Source: Salpingoeca rosetta (taxonomy: Eukaryota; Protista; Choanoflagellata). From it: a DNA stretch of 64,000 nt. Position 1 is the first letter of the stretch, and each line of letters begins with the position of its first letter. The translations under genes were made by a program, and so were the position numbers. Where the stretch lies: the NCBI GenBank assembly GCA_033442325.1, contig JAWQFM010000010.1, forward strand, positions 1,003,727 through 1,067,726. Reading direction: 5' to 3'. The notes beneath the pieces were generated by a model. The model had not been told where the DNA came from. It searched no databases and saw nothing but the letters and a program-made list of their open reading frames with translations. Below, piece after piece: positions 33,717 to 45,129 of the stretch.

Positions 33717-34848
33717 ATGGTGAGAGGCGTGGCCCAACGTGTACATGCATGCGTGCGTCTGTTGTAATGAGTGCTTGTGTGCGGATCCCAAGCACGAGGA
33801 TCCAGAAGAGAGTGCACTGATACTGTGGTGGAGATGCTTGTACCTCTTGTGCGCCTTGCTGTTGTTACGTGGTGTTGTTGGAACGGGATGTGATGCGCGG
33901 CTGCTTCTTTGATCTCACTTGGACGTGCATGTCCCTTCCTTGCTCTGCTCTTTGCTATGGCTGCAGTCGAAAGTTGATATGTCCCTCGATGCTCTCATTG
34001 AGCAAGACCGCGCAGGTACTGTGTTTTGCTGTTTGGTTTGTCCGTGGTTGCGTGGCGCAGTATTGCTGTTGTGTCAGTCATGATCCTGTTGGTACATGCC
34101 CCCCCCCCCTTCTTCGTCTTGTTGGACCGCCCCCCTCCCAAAGATTAGCTGCTGATCACCCTGGCCTCCTTGCCATCCACCGATTCCACTCGCTCACGCT
34201 CACGCACACTGGTTGCATACCGTTGTGTTTGCTGCTTTGTGCTTGCGCCCTTGCTTGTATTTGCTGCGTTATGTGTAGAGCGCCAGACCCGCGGTCGTGG
34301 TCGCGGTGGCCGTCGCGGTCGTGGTCGCGGCCGTGGTGCCAGCAGCAGCCGCCCGCGCACACAGGACTCGCGTCGCCGCAACGCCCCTTACACCTCGCGC
34401 TCGGTATGTGGTCGCCGCCGCATGCCAACCGGAACGCGCGGCCTTCATTTTGGCTCCTTCTGAACCCTTGACCCATCAAGCCCACTGTCCAACCCCTCTC
34501 CGAATCACCCTCACCCTCTACCTGCCTTCCTCATCCTCTTCGCCCGCTATCCTCATCATGGTGATCGTCATGAACGCCGTCGTGCCCACGCGTCCTTGGC
34601 ATTTCAACGCCATCCAATACAGCCCCGCAACCAGTTCTACCAGCACGACAGCCGCGCATTTGCCGGTAAGAAACCGATGTGCCCGAGACAGTGGCGGTGA
34701 TGGCGGCGGTGAAAGGGAGAGGATACAGCATCATGCGAGAGAACACGTGATTGACGATCGTCCGGCGTGGGTGATCGTGTCGGTGGTGGCGTGAATCCAA
34801 CTGAGGAGGATACTTGAATCTTTGATCCTCCCAAACCAACCTACTTTA

Positions 34849-34886
<38 letters not shown>

Positions 34887-36714
34887 CACACTCACACTCA
34901 CACTCACACACACTCGACCCGCCCTCACACCACGTCTTGCGTTACGTTGCGGTGCATTATTGCGGTGCAGCCCCAATGTCTGCGCCCGCGCCCACCCCGC
35001 GCTCCGCCAAGCTTCTTGTGGAGAACCTCGACTACGGCGTTACAGAGTCGGACATTGAGGTCAGCAAGCGTCGCTATTTGTGTGGGTGTGGGTGTGCTCT
35101 CGTGCGTGCGTGTTCATGTGTGCGTGCTCTCGTGCGTGCGCGTTCATGTTTGCGTGTGTTCACGTGTGAGTGGTTTTTGTCAATGGTCGTGGCTGCATCC
35201 AAACATTCATGTGCGTGCACGCAGCCCAGACCACGCCATGCCATATGCTTATCCCTCACCCTCCTCCCTCCACCCGGCAACTTGTTGACATGTGTGTCCC
35301 TGCAGCAACTGTTTGGCGCCATTGGGCAGCTCGTCGACTACTCGATCCACTACGACCGCGCCGGCCGCTCCCTCGGCGTCGCTGAGGTCGAGTTTGCCCG
35401 CAGGTACAGCTCACGCTCTCACACATTAACACACATTAACACACACACACATGAACACACACACACACACCGTTGTGGTGGAATTTGTCTGCTTCTGTTT
35501 TCCCCAAATACGGCCACCGTTTGCGTGTGCTACTCGCTGGCCTCACCTTTCTCCCCCTCAAATGCACTGCGCGCGTGTGCTCACGGCTGCAGCAAGGACG
35601 CTGCAGCCGCAGTTGAGGAGTACAACGGGCGGTATCTTGACACAAAGCCGATGAAGGTGTCCTTTGTTGGCCGCCCCGGCGACCTCGTCCAACGCGTCCC
35701 CGTCCCCGTCCCCGTCCCAGGTGCAGTTACGCACGCCAGCCGTCGTAGTAGTGGTGGTGGTGGCGGTGGTGGTGGTGGCGGTGGTGGTGGTGGTGGTGGT
35801 GGTGGTGGTGGTGGTGGTGGTGGTGGTGGTGGTGGTGGTGGTGGAATTGCTGCTGGGAGGCGTTTCGTGGATGGGTAATGAGGATGAGGATGGTGCAAGC
35901 TGGCCAAAGGTGCTGCATGCTTTTATCCGAGCAGATCCCACGATACACGTGGTGGCTGCCACTCTTATATCTTTTGTCACTCCAGCCTCCTCCTCCTCTT
36001 CCTCACCACCACCACCACCACCACCACCACCACCACCACCACCACCAATCGTCACCAACATCACGCCTGCAGTGTCGTCTGGGCCGCGTGTGCCGCGCTC
36101 CTCCCGCGGGGGCCGCACGACGCGTGGTCGCGGTGCCCAGCGCGGCCGTGGCAGTCGTGGACGTGGTGCTGCCAACCGCCGCGAGAAGAAGGAGACACGT
36201 GAGTGCAACCACGAGAATTGGCGACAGTGCGTGGGCAGTTTCGGTACTTGCAGTTGTAGCTCGCCTGTGTTGTCGTTGTTCCGTGTGCTTCCTTCTCCTT
36301 CTTCGCGTCCTTCTTTGCAGACGCTCTCCCACACGCACACTCATATACACTCACTCATACACACTCATACACTCACTCACACGCATCTGTTCATGCATAC
36401 AACCCCTCTTGTCCCACTCTCACGTCCATCCGTTGCTTCCTTCCATTGCTGCCCCTCCCCGCCCCATCAGCTGTGAGCAAGGATGCACTTGATGCACAGC
36501 TTGACCTGTACCAGACTGGAAAGGTCTCTGTGGACGCATCAGACCTTGATCGCCAGCTCGACGAGTACCAGCAGAAGCAGGACCAGGTGCTGTGCTGTGC
36601 TTTTGAGTGTGTCTGTGTCTGTGTCTGTTCATGTTGTGACTTGTGAGCACTTGGATGCGTAGGCTGCTGTCTTTCGCCGCCACAACAACAACAACAACAA
36701 CAACGACGACGACG

Positions 36715-36754
<40 letters not shown>

Positions 36755-36911
36755 ATTTTCCAACAACTCCACCCCATTCACTCACTCCACTGTACTCGCG
36801 CCCACCTCGCTCACACCCACCTCGCGTCAACTGGCATTGCAGGAGGCCGCCGCCCCTGCTGCCGAGGAGACGGCCGCTGATGGCGACGCCGAGCCCGCCG
36901 CTGAGGAGTAA
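33717..36911 (+). CDS. ALYREF: THO complex subunit 4 / Aly-REF mRNA export adaptor (N-UBM, RGG, RRM, RGG, C-UBM), multi-exon
   Basis: ATG|gtgaga then SKVDMSLDALIEQDR (REF N-box), an RG-rich exon, RRM AKLLVENLDYGVTESDIEQLFGAIG..SIHYDRAGRSLGVAEVEFARSKDAAAAVEEYNGRYLDTKPMKV, and C-box VSKDALDAQLDLY; stop TAA at 36909-36911. Confidence 0.93.
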
Positions 36912-37437
36912 ACATGTGCTTGCAGGCACACTTTCGTGCTTGCACGAACGCATGGCTCTCAGCCCTTGCTGTAGTCAAGTCGTGTCACCGTTTGCTGTTG
37001 ACGAAGCTTGGTTTTGTGTCCATGTTGGTTTGCTGCTGTTGTTGATTGCGTGTGGGCGTGCTTGCTGTCCAGTTGCGCTGTTGTGGGCAATGCATGGCCC
37101 AATCGGCCAACCAGCTTGTGCCTGGCTCACGTCAATCATTAACTGTGTGTCGTGTTGTGTCAGATCTTGACTTTGTTCTGTTGCGCTGTGTCATGTATCT
37201 TTTGTCGTGTGATCTTGCGTGTGCATTTCCGTGTGTTGTTCGTGTGTTGGTGTGTGCGGTTTTGTTTGTCCTCTGTCAACAAGGAACAACACCCATAAAA
37301 ACCCCAAACCAACAACACATCATGGACCGCACACGGACGGCGGTGGCGGTGTGGTGTTCAATTCTCTTCTATCGTTACTTGACACGCGCCAGCGATAACA
37401 GGAAAGAACAAAAAGCCAAGAGGAGAGAAGGCATGCA

Positions 37438-37500
<63 letters not shown>

Positions 37501-37504
<4 letters not shown>

Positions 37505-38811
37505 GCAGCTGTGGCTGCGGGAAGAACGTTGATGATGAAATGCGCAATGACACCGACGATGACGCTGAGCAGGAGAACAAGCAATCCCGTTTGCCAAGCT
37601 GGTGTGCATTGCAACAAGTTGAGAGAGAAAGGGGCGGGAGGGTGACGTGAGTGGGCAAGTTGTCGTCGTGTCTGTTGTGTGTGATTTGGCATGAACAAAG
37701 CTGCCGTGCAATCACCCAACCTTTCACCCTTCCACGATCACACACACACACACACACACAAGATCACACACACACACACAAGATCACACACACACAAGAT
37801 CACACACACACACACACACACTCACACACACACACACACGACGACAACAGTGCACCTGGAGTTGCCTTGACGGGAGTGAGGAAGCACGCCTGGTCACCAG
37901 ATACGCTGATGACGGCCTCTTGCTGCGTCTCTGATGGCGGCACAAATGCCAACGATGTCACAAACAGCACGTGCGGCTGCGCCCGCACCAGCACCTGCGA
38001 GGTGTGTTTTGGAGGGGGGGGGGCATTACTTTGATTGAGGGCGGTAGACTGTGGGGTGTGGACAGTGTGGTGTGGTGTGGACGGTGACCTGGGCATGACA
38101 AAGTGTGCATGAATTGTGCACAACAGTGTGTCTGCTAATCGAGGACAAGCAGCACTGCCATGTGCAGGGCGTGTGCGGATCTAACCTTGAGAGTTTCTGC
38201 ATCAAGGATGGTGACACCACCCTCCACATCACCCACGGCGCAATACTGGCCAGAGGGGCTGTGCAGGGTTGATGGAGTGGGTACAGCCGGCAGGATGAAG
38301 CAGGCGCCCATGCGCATCATGAGCAAGCACGTGAGACCATGTGATGCAAGTGGCAGACGCAAGCGTGCACGCACGTGCACTTGAACAACAAAACAACAAA
38401 CACAAAGGGCGCAAAGGGCGCAAAGGGCGCATATCAACACGCACTGCAGGGAGTGGGGAGCGAAACTGCAACATGAACAACAGCAAGAGCAGCAACACTA
38501 CCACCACCACCACCACCACCACCACCACCACCACCACCACCACCACCAGCAACATAGTCCGCTGAGCAACCACAGCAGCGCTGAGAGCGCACCTGGTTGC
38601 GAGCGTTGTGAGGGCGGGTTTTCGTAGCGGCTGCAGCGCTGTTGGCGCCCATGTTGCCGCGTCCCACTGAACGACAAATGCCTTGTCTTTATTTGGGTCT
38701 CGCGCATTGCTTGCCGTGAACAGAAAGTCGTCGTGTTCGCCAATGCGGGCGAATGCACACGCCCGCTGCACATGCGTCTCGCTCCGCCTGTGTGTGTGTG
38801 GGGAGGGGGGG

Positions 38812-38849
<38 letters not shown>

Positions 38850-39474
38850 TCAGAAACGCAAGCGCATGAGAGTGTACAGACACGTTGACACTGTTGCGCA
38901 CATGCATATGCACCACACACGCAGCAACGCAACGCACCATGAAATGGTCTTGTGCATCTTCTTTGTAACAGTGTGCCAGACGGCCACCTCTGCTGACCCC
39001 CGACGTGCGCATGCCAACAGCTTCCCCGACGCATCAAACGCCAACGACTCCACCTATTGACAAGTGTGAGCAGTGAGCAATGAGTGGGGGGCGGATGGTG
39101 AGTGACAAAATCCTGGGAAAGAGCAAGAGCAAGGGAAACAGAGGCTTTACACGCACACACACACATCCACACACACAGTGATGGCACCTTGCTGCCGAGT
39201 CTGATGGTGTGTGGATCCTCAAGGGCTGGGAACGGCCACACACGCACCACGCCTTCCTCTCCACCGGTGGCTGCCAACATATGAGTGCGTGCGTGTGTGT
39301 GGGGGGGGGAGATGAGGCAAGCAGGTGGACGTGGAGGGCGGTGCGATTGCAAGTACAAGGCATCATCTGTGATCCGCGTTTGCATGCAAACAGCCGGGCA
39401 TGGAGCTCACCGAGCCATCGACCACTGGGACTGAACACTGCCGCTGCCACGACTGCATCCTACATGCGTGTGTG

Positions 39475-39523
<49 letters not shown>

Positions 39524-40437
39524 GTGTGTGGCTGGGTGCATAACTTGAAGTAAAGACAGGGCAACGAGAGTGGTGGCATGCAGAGTGTTTGTTATGTACG
39601 CGTGCGTGCGCTTGTGTATTGATGTGTTTGTGTGTGGTTCTAGATTGCAAACGAGTTGGGCGAGACGTACGTCCTTGTCAAAGTCTGCGGTGATTGTTGC
39701 TGTTTCCTTGAAGGAGCTTGATCCATCGAAATCAAACACGACCACGTCCCCGTCGATGCTGCTGACAACTGTTCTGCAGTTCTGTTCAGTACATCCCGCA
39801 GGCAGGCCGCAATGGCGTCAACAAACACGCCATGGCATGCCGTGTGATATGTGCTTAATTTGGGGGGGGGGCGGGTATCTTCAAGCTGACCCGCTAACCA
39901 TCACACACACACACACACACATTCTCACACACCATCACACACTCGCTCGCCATCACACACTATCACACACACGTGCGCTCACTCACTCACACACGTACAC
40001 TCACTCACACACACACGCCACTCACTCACACACGCCACTCACACACTCACACACACACACACACACTCGCTCACTCACTCACTCACACACACACACACTC
40101 ACTCACACACTATCGCACACACACACACACCATCACACAATCCCACACACCGGGTGTGAGGCGACAAGGTTGAAGGTGCCACGCTTGTCGACGTGTGTGG
40201 CCAGCACGGTGGATGAGGCGTCCTTGAGGTGCAATGCCGTCAGTGCATTTGGTACACCGTAATCACCCTTGCCACCGCCACCACACACAAACACCACACA
40301 CCCTCGTTGCTGCCGTCCCTGCTGTTGCTGTTGCTGTTGTACACAGCAACCGTACAGTGGAGCCTCCTCAAAGTGCTGGAGCACGCTTGCCCTTTTGCGC
40401 ACCACCTTCGCCGCGCCAGCAGGCTTCTTCTTCTTCT

Positions 40438-40481
<44 letters not shown>

Positions 40482-40498
40482 GTCTTCTTGCCTGGCAT
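37501..40498 (-). CDS. PREB: Sec12/PREB-like WD40 Sar1 GEF with C-terminal transmembrane helix, multi-exon
   Basis: Sec12 K-loop motif VFVCGGGGKGDYGVPNAL; WD40 exons (AAVFSPSG, LAATGGEEGVVRVWPFPAL, VESLAFDASGKLLA, SPSGQYCAVGDVEGGVTILD, HVLFVTSLAF, VISVSGDQAC); C-terminal TM LLVLLLSVIVGVIAHFII. Confidence 0.85.
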
Positions 40499-40559
40499 GG
40501 CGTGAACCTCGCTTGGCTTGCTCGTTGTCTGGTGGCTTGGTTTGCTCTGTTGTTGTTGT

Positions 40560-40591
<32 letters not shown>

Positions 40592-42133
40592 TGTGTGTGC
40601 GGTGTTGGCAGTCGCTCGCGCTGTGTTTGTTTGTCTTTCTGTTTGTGTCTCCTTGCTTCGCACGAATCAACAAACCTCTGCTTTTCGCTGACTCAGCACA
40701 AACTTTTGAATCGGCATTCGAGTGCAAGATGAGGTGATGTGAGATGCACTTCCGCAATGAATGCAAGCCAAACGCGCTGCCAATGACATCAACGCAACCA
40801 GCACGTGACGCTCGCAACGAACAGACGAACGTCATCCCCGCATTCCTGTCCCGATGCAAGACCATCCAAGATGTTGTTGGACTGGCGTGCTTGTTGTGCT
40901 TGTTGTGTGCTTTGGTGGTTGCTGTTCTTGCAACCGCACGACTGCAGGTTTAAGCGTGTGCCAAGCAAGCAGCAAGCTCCATTGAAACGCCTGAATCTCA
41001 CCCAACACGGACCCCAGCTCCACCGAAGCCTCTACACACATTGTCCCACAACACAAGAAAGCGAAGTGGGAGCGAATTGCAAGCGAAGTGGAAGCGAAGT
41101 TGGAAGCGAAGGCCAACGAAGCCTAAACCTTCCCGTTGCTGTGTCTTGCTTGTGCGTCTCCCTCCACCTTCGTCGACATGCAGCGTGCAAACGAATCAGT
41201 CAGGTATTGCTTTGCTTGCTTGCAGGCACACGAAATTTGTTGGATGATGCGCACCAATGGCCGGCGTGCACACGGAACGTGCCAGCCGCCCCCAAGCACA
41301 CAACACAATCCTACCCAAGCGTTGGCAATCGTCATGCGCACACAGGGTTGCATATCAATGCACCAGCACCTTTGTGTGTCACAGAGTGGTGTGCATGTCG
41401 TGTGGCGTGCTGGACAACGACGCAGTCTTGCAGGTGGTTGTCTGCATCTCACTGACTGGTTGGCCGAAACGCCACGACTCAAGATTACACACACACAGAC
41501 ACACGCACACAGAAACACGCAACACGCCCCTCCAACCGCACCCAACCCAGCCGAAACAGACTCACCACACGGCGCGTTAATGACGTGTCGTGTGTCGGGT
41601 GTGGTGTGACACACACACCGTTTCCACACGCGCCAACCAAACGTGATGTCTTCTTGCTTGTTGTTTTGTTGCTTGCTTCTTGCATTGCACCACTGACAAC
41701 ACCAACCACAACAAAACAAGTGCACACACACACACACACACATGCAACGCACACATCACCTTTCCCGACCCAAGCAAACACAACTTCCCTCGCCGCCCAG
41801 TTTTGCCTCGGACTCCCCAAGCACAGGACGGACACACGTATCGCTCGCAGCAGACACATGCATCGTCAATGACCGCACGCAGGCACTCACGCACACTCAT
41901 TCACACAATACACAGCCCACCTTCGCCGTCATTGAACGTGAACCAACCACTCCCCCACATTCATTTTCTCCACCACATCCTGGAACCAGCAACAGCCAAG
42001 CAAGCAAGCAAAGCCACACCAAAAGCACAAACCCGCTCCCCTCTCAATATCATCGCCTTTGCCTACCATTTGCTCCTGAACACGCGCACACCAAAGCCAA
42101 ACAGCTCAATCAGCGACCCCAGCCATCACCGCC

Positions 42134-42916
42134 ATGGCTCGCAGGACCCTCTCCCTCACCATCCCCACGCTGGACCGCCGTGCCAGCGACGCCGCCCCAG
42201 ATCAGCCCCCGGCCATCTACACCACGACGACGACGACAACCACACACGCCAGCACCATGAGCTCAGACTCGGCCTCGAGCCACAAGCATGCGGCGTCACA
42301 CACGCACAAGCCCATGCAACACACCACCAGCAGCAGCACCAGCAGCGGCCTGGCCATGCGCCGTGGACACACCACCGCATCGCTCTCCCTCTCCCTGCCA
42401 ACACCCGATGTCCACAACGACGAGGACACCACAGAGGAGTGCTTCACCCCAGAGAGCCTGGACGCGCTCTTCGAGGCCGCCACCATCTCCAACCTCACCT
42501 CCCCGACCGTGTCCGATGTCAGCGACGTGAGCGACATTTGCGACAGCGCCGTCGCCACGCCAACCCACACCGGCGCCGCCACGGCCACCGACGACGACGT
42601 GGAGATGGAGCTCGAGCACAGGTTCCTGCACATCGCGCCGCCGCTCGCGCCACCGCCTCGCAGAACCGCCGCAGCCATGCCGCAGCGCCGTGCGCACACC
42701 CCGACCCGGGCCACCTCCGGCACGCAATCGCCCGTCTTCGGCCGCCGCCGCAGCGCCTCCGATCCGCGCGTCCTGGAGCGCCTGCTCATGGCATCGCCGC
42801 CAAGCCCACGCCTGGACCGCAGCAGGAAGCGCCCACACAAGCCCGCGGCGCTCAGACACAAGCAGCCAGCGTCCGTCCTCTCCTTCGCGTGCACACACCA
42901 ACACCACCTCTCCTAA
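42134..42916 (+). CDS. Intronless 260-aa Ser/Thr/Pro-rich, probably disordered hypothetical protein
   Basis: ATG in gccATGg context after a CA-rich leader; C/G-biased third codon positions; no microsatellite interruption; no recognisable domain. Confidence 0.6.
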   Translation: MARRTLSLTIPTLDRRASDAAPDQPPAIYTTTTTTTTHASTMSSDSASSHKHAASHTHKPMQHTTSSSTSSGLAMRRGHTTASLSLSLPTPDVHNDEDTTEECFTPESLDALFEAATISNLTSPTVSDVSDVSDICDSAVATPTHTGAATATDDDVEMELEHRFLHIAPPLAPPPRRTAAAMPQRRAHTPTRATSGTQSPVFGRRRSASDPRVLERLLMASPPSPRLDRSRKRPHKPAALRHKQPASVLSFACTHQHHLS

Positions 42917-43420
42917 CAAGCACCACTCGCCTTTGTGATGTTATTTCCCCTCTTGTGTGCACGCCTATGGCGCTCTCTTTAACTTATTCGGGCGGTCTCC
43001 TTGCTCATGATGTGAAGGTGATGCTTTTGGTTTTGCTTGCGGTGTCGTAAGCGACGAACCTCTTCTTCTTCCTCCTCCTCCTCTTCTTCCTCTTCCCTTC
43101 CTTCATAAGCATCCTCGACTCGCTTCTCTGCTTGGTGCCTTACTTTCTGGTTTTCTTTATTCGTAGTTGTGACACGATGTGACCATCATGCATGGTGGTA
43201 TTCGAGCAATACATGCACACATCCAACACACACTGTGAACGAGCCAAGGAAGGAAAGAAAGAGGGAGGGAAAGAAAGGAATCAAGGACGGGTAGCTAGCT
43301 GAAACGAAGCAGGGTGGGGGAAGGGTACGGAGCAACAAAGGGAACAGCACAGCACAAAGGGAGGTCTTAGACAACAGCAAGAAAGCCGAGACACGGTCCG
43401 TCGCGCAGCCACACACACAC

Positions 43421-43490
<70 letters not shown>

Positions 43491-45129
43491 CCGCGACTTG
43501 GATTCCGTTACTTGGCTTGGCGTGCTGGTATGCGGCATGCCTGCATGCTTCCCAGGTTGTTACAGCTGCCATCTTGGCTGCATTGCTGCCTTGCTCCTCT
43601 CTGCTTGTCAGACAAACAGGCGTGCTCAAATGTAAACATAAACAAACATATATAAGGGCTTCGCACAGCAACGTTGTGGTCAGGGCTTGGGTGTCGCAAC
43701 GACAAGCGCAAGCAAACACCACACCAGCAAACATGGGTCGTCCACACCATTCAAAACACCGAACCACACGCACACACATACGCACATGCACCCCAGGCAG
43801 CAACTGCTGCTGCACACCACAGGAGCAAGATGGCAACACAGCCAACTATGCAGCCATGTGGCAACCAACCAAAACACACAAACACACACATGCACTGGTA
43901 TGCGTGAGGGTAAGCGGTCACACCTGCATGCTTGAGGTTGAACGCGTGCGCACTCGCGCGCCACGATTTCCAACGAGGTTTAGGCAAAGGGAACGCGTGC
44001 AGCACGAGCACTGGCATGTGGCTGCCACTTGTTCTTCTTGGTTGTGGAGCTGCCGAAGGGCTGTGTGGCTCGTGCCCACTTGACAGGCGACGCCCACAAC
44101 CTCAACATGCCAGGCTCTCTCTGAAAGTTGGGTTTTGAGGGAATAGAGACACATCGGCAAGCACAACACAGCGCCATTCAAAACAGGGCCACGAACAATG
44201 TCAGTGCACGCGCGCGTTTCACAGACATCGACCAACTGGCCAAAACATCAGTGCCAAGAAGCACGGGCAAGCACGCCACCGGCAGGCACGTTGAGGATGT
44301 GAGGTGCGCTCACGCCAGCACGCCAGCAGCTACTGGCACGAACCCAAGCCAAACACCCAGCAGCAAAGCCCGCAAGCAAGCAAGCAAGCAAGCAGGCGAG
44401 CCAGCAGGCGGCATGCAGAGGCGAAAACACCCACACCACTACACCACTACACCACGCACACAACAAAGGCATGGATGCAGACACAACCACGCACAGACAC
44501 AACCAATTATGTACTTGGGAGCAAAACACGGGCACACAACAACAGCAACAACAACAACAACAGTACCAACCATACAAAGCACTTGCATGTTGTCTTTGTC
44601 TTTGTAGCTTGCCTGCATGCAGTGAAGAACTTACTCATGCATGCTAGCCTGCATCTTCTCTTGCTTCTTGACTGCGTCGCGTCGCTTGTTCACGCGCGTG
44701 TCAAGGTTTCGTGCACGCGCCAACAAAAGAACAAAGGGAGGAAGAAGTCCTGAGTCCCTTTGCAGCCTTGCGTTCCCGTCCTTGCCTTGCACTGCACGCG
44801 ACTTGTGTTGCGCGTGTCACATCCCTTCATCCAGCCAGGCCAGCTGCACGCTGTAATCTTCGCGGCACATCAAAACATCCGGTCACGCACAGACGCATCA
44901 CACACAAGCAACTCAAGCGAAAGGGCGAAGCAAGGTGAAGGTCCTGCTTGTCACCTTTGTTTGTGCTTTGTGCGCTCGCAAGCAACGGAGACTGATATCA
45001 GTCACGCCGTGTTCCTCCTGTTCCTCCACGTCGCCGAATAGTTTCTGAAAACATGCACAAATCCTCCATTTCTCTCCATTTTTTGCTGTGCAGACAGAAG
45101 AGAAGGAGAAAGCCATCTCGACCATCAAC

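Noticed and set aside
43050-45100. Several 100-220 aa ORFs between the disordered gene and ATP6AP2
   Set aside because: No codon bias, in-phase exon chain or domain motif; treated as intergenic or regulatory.
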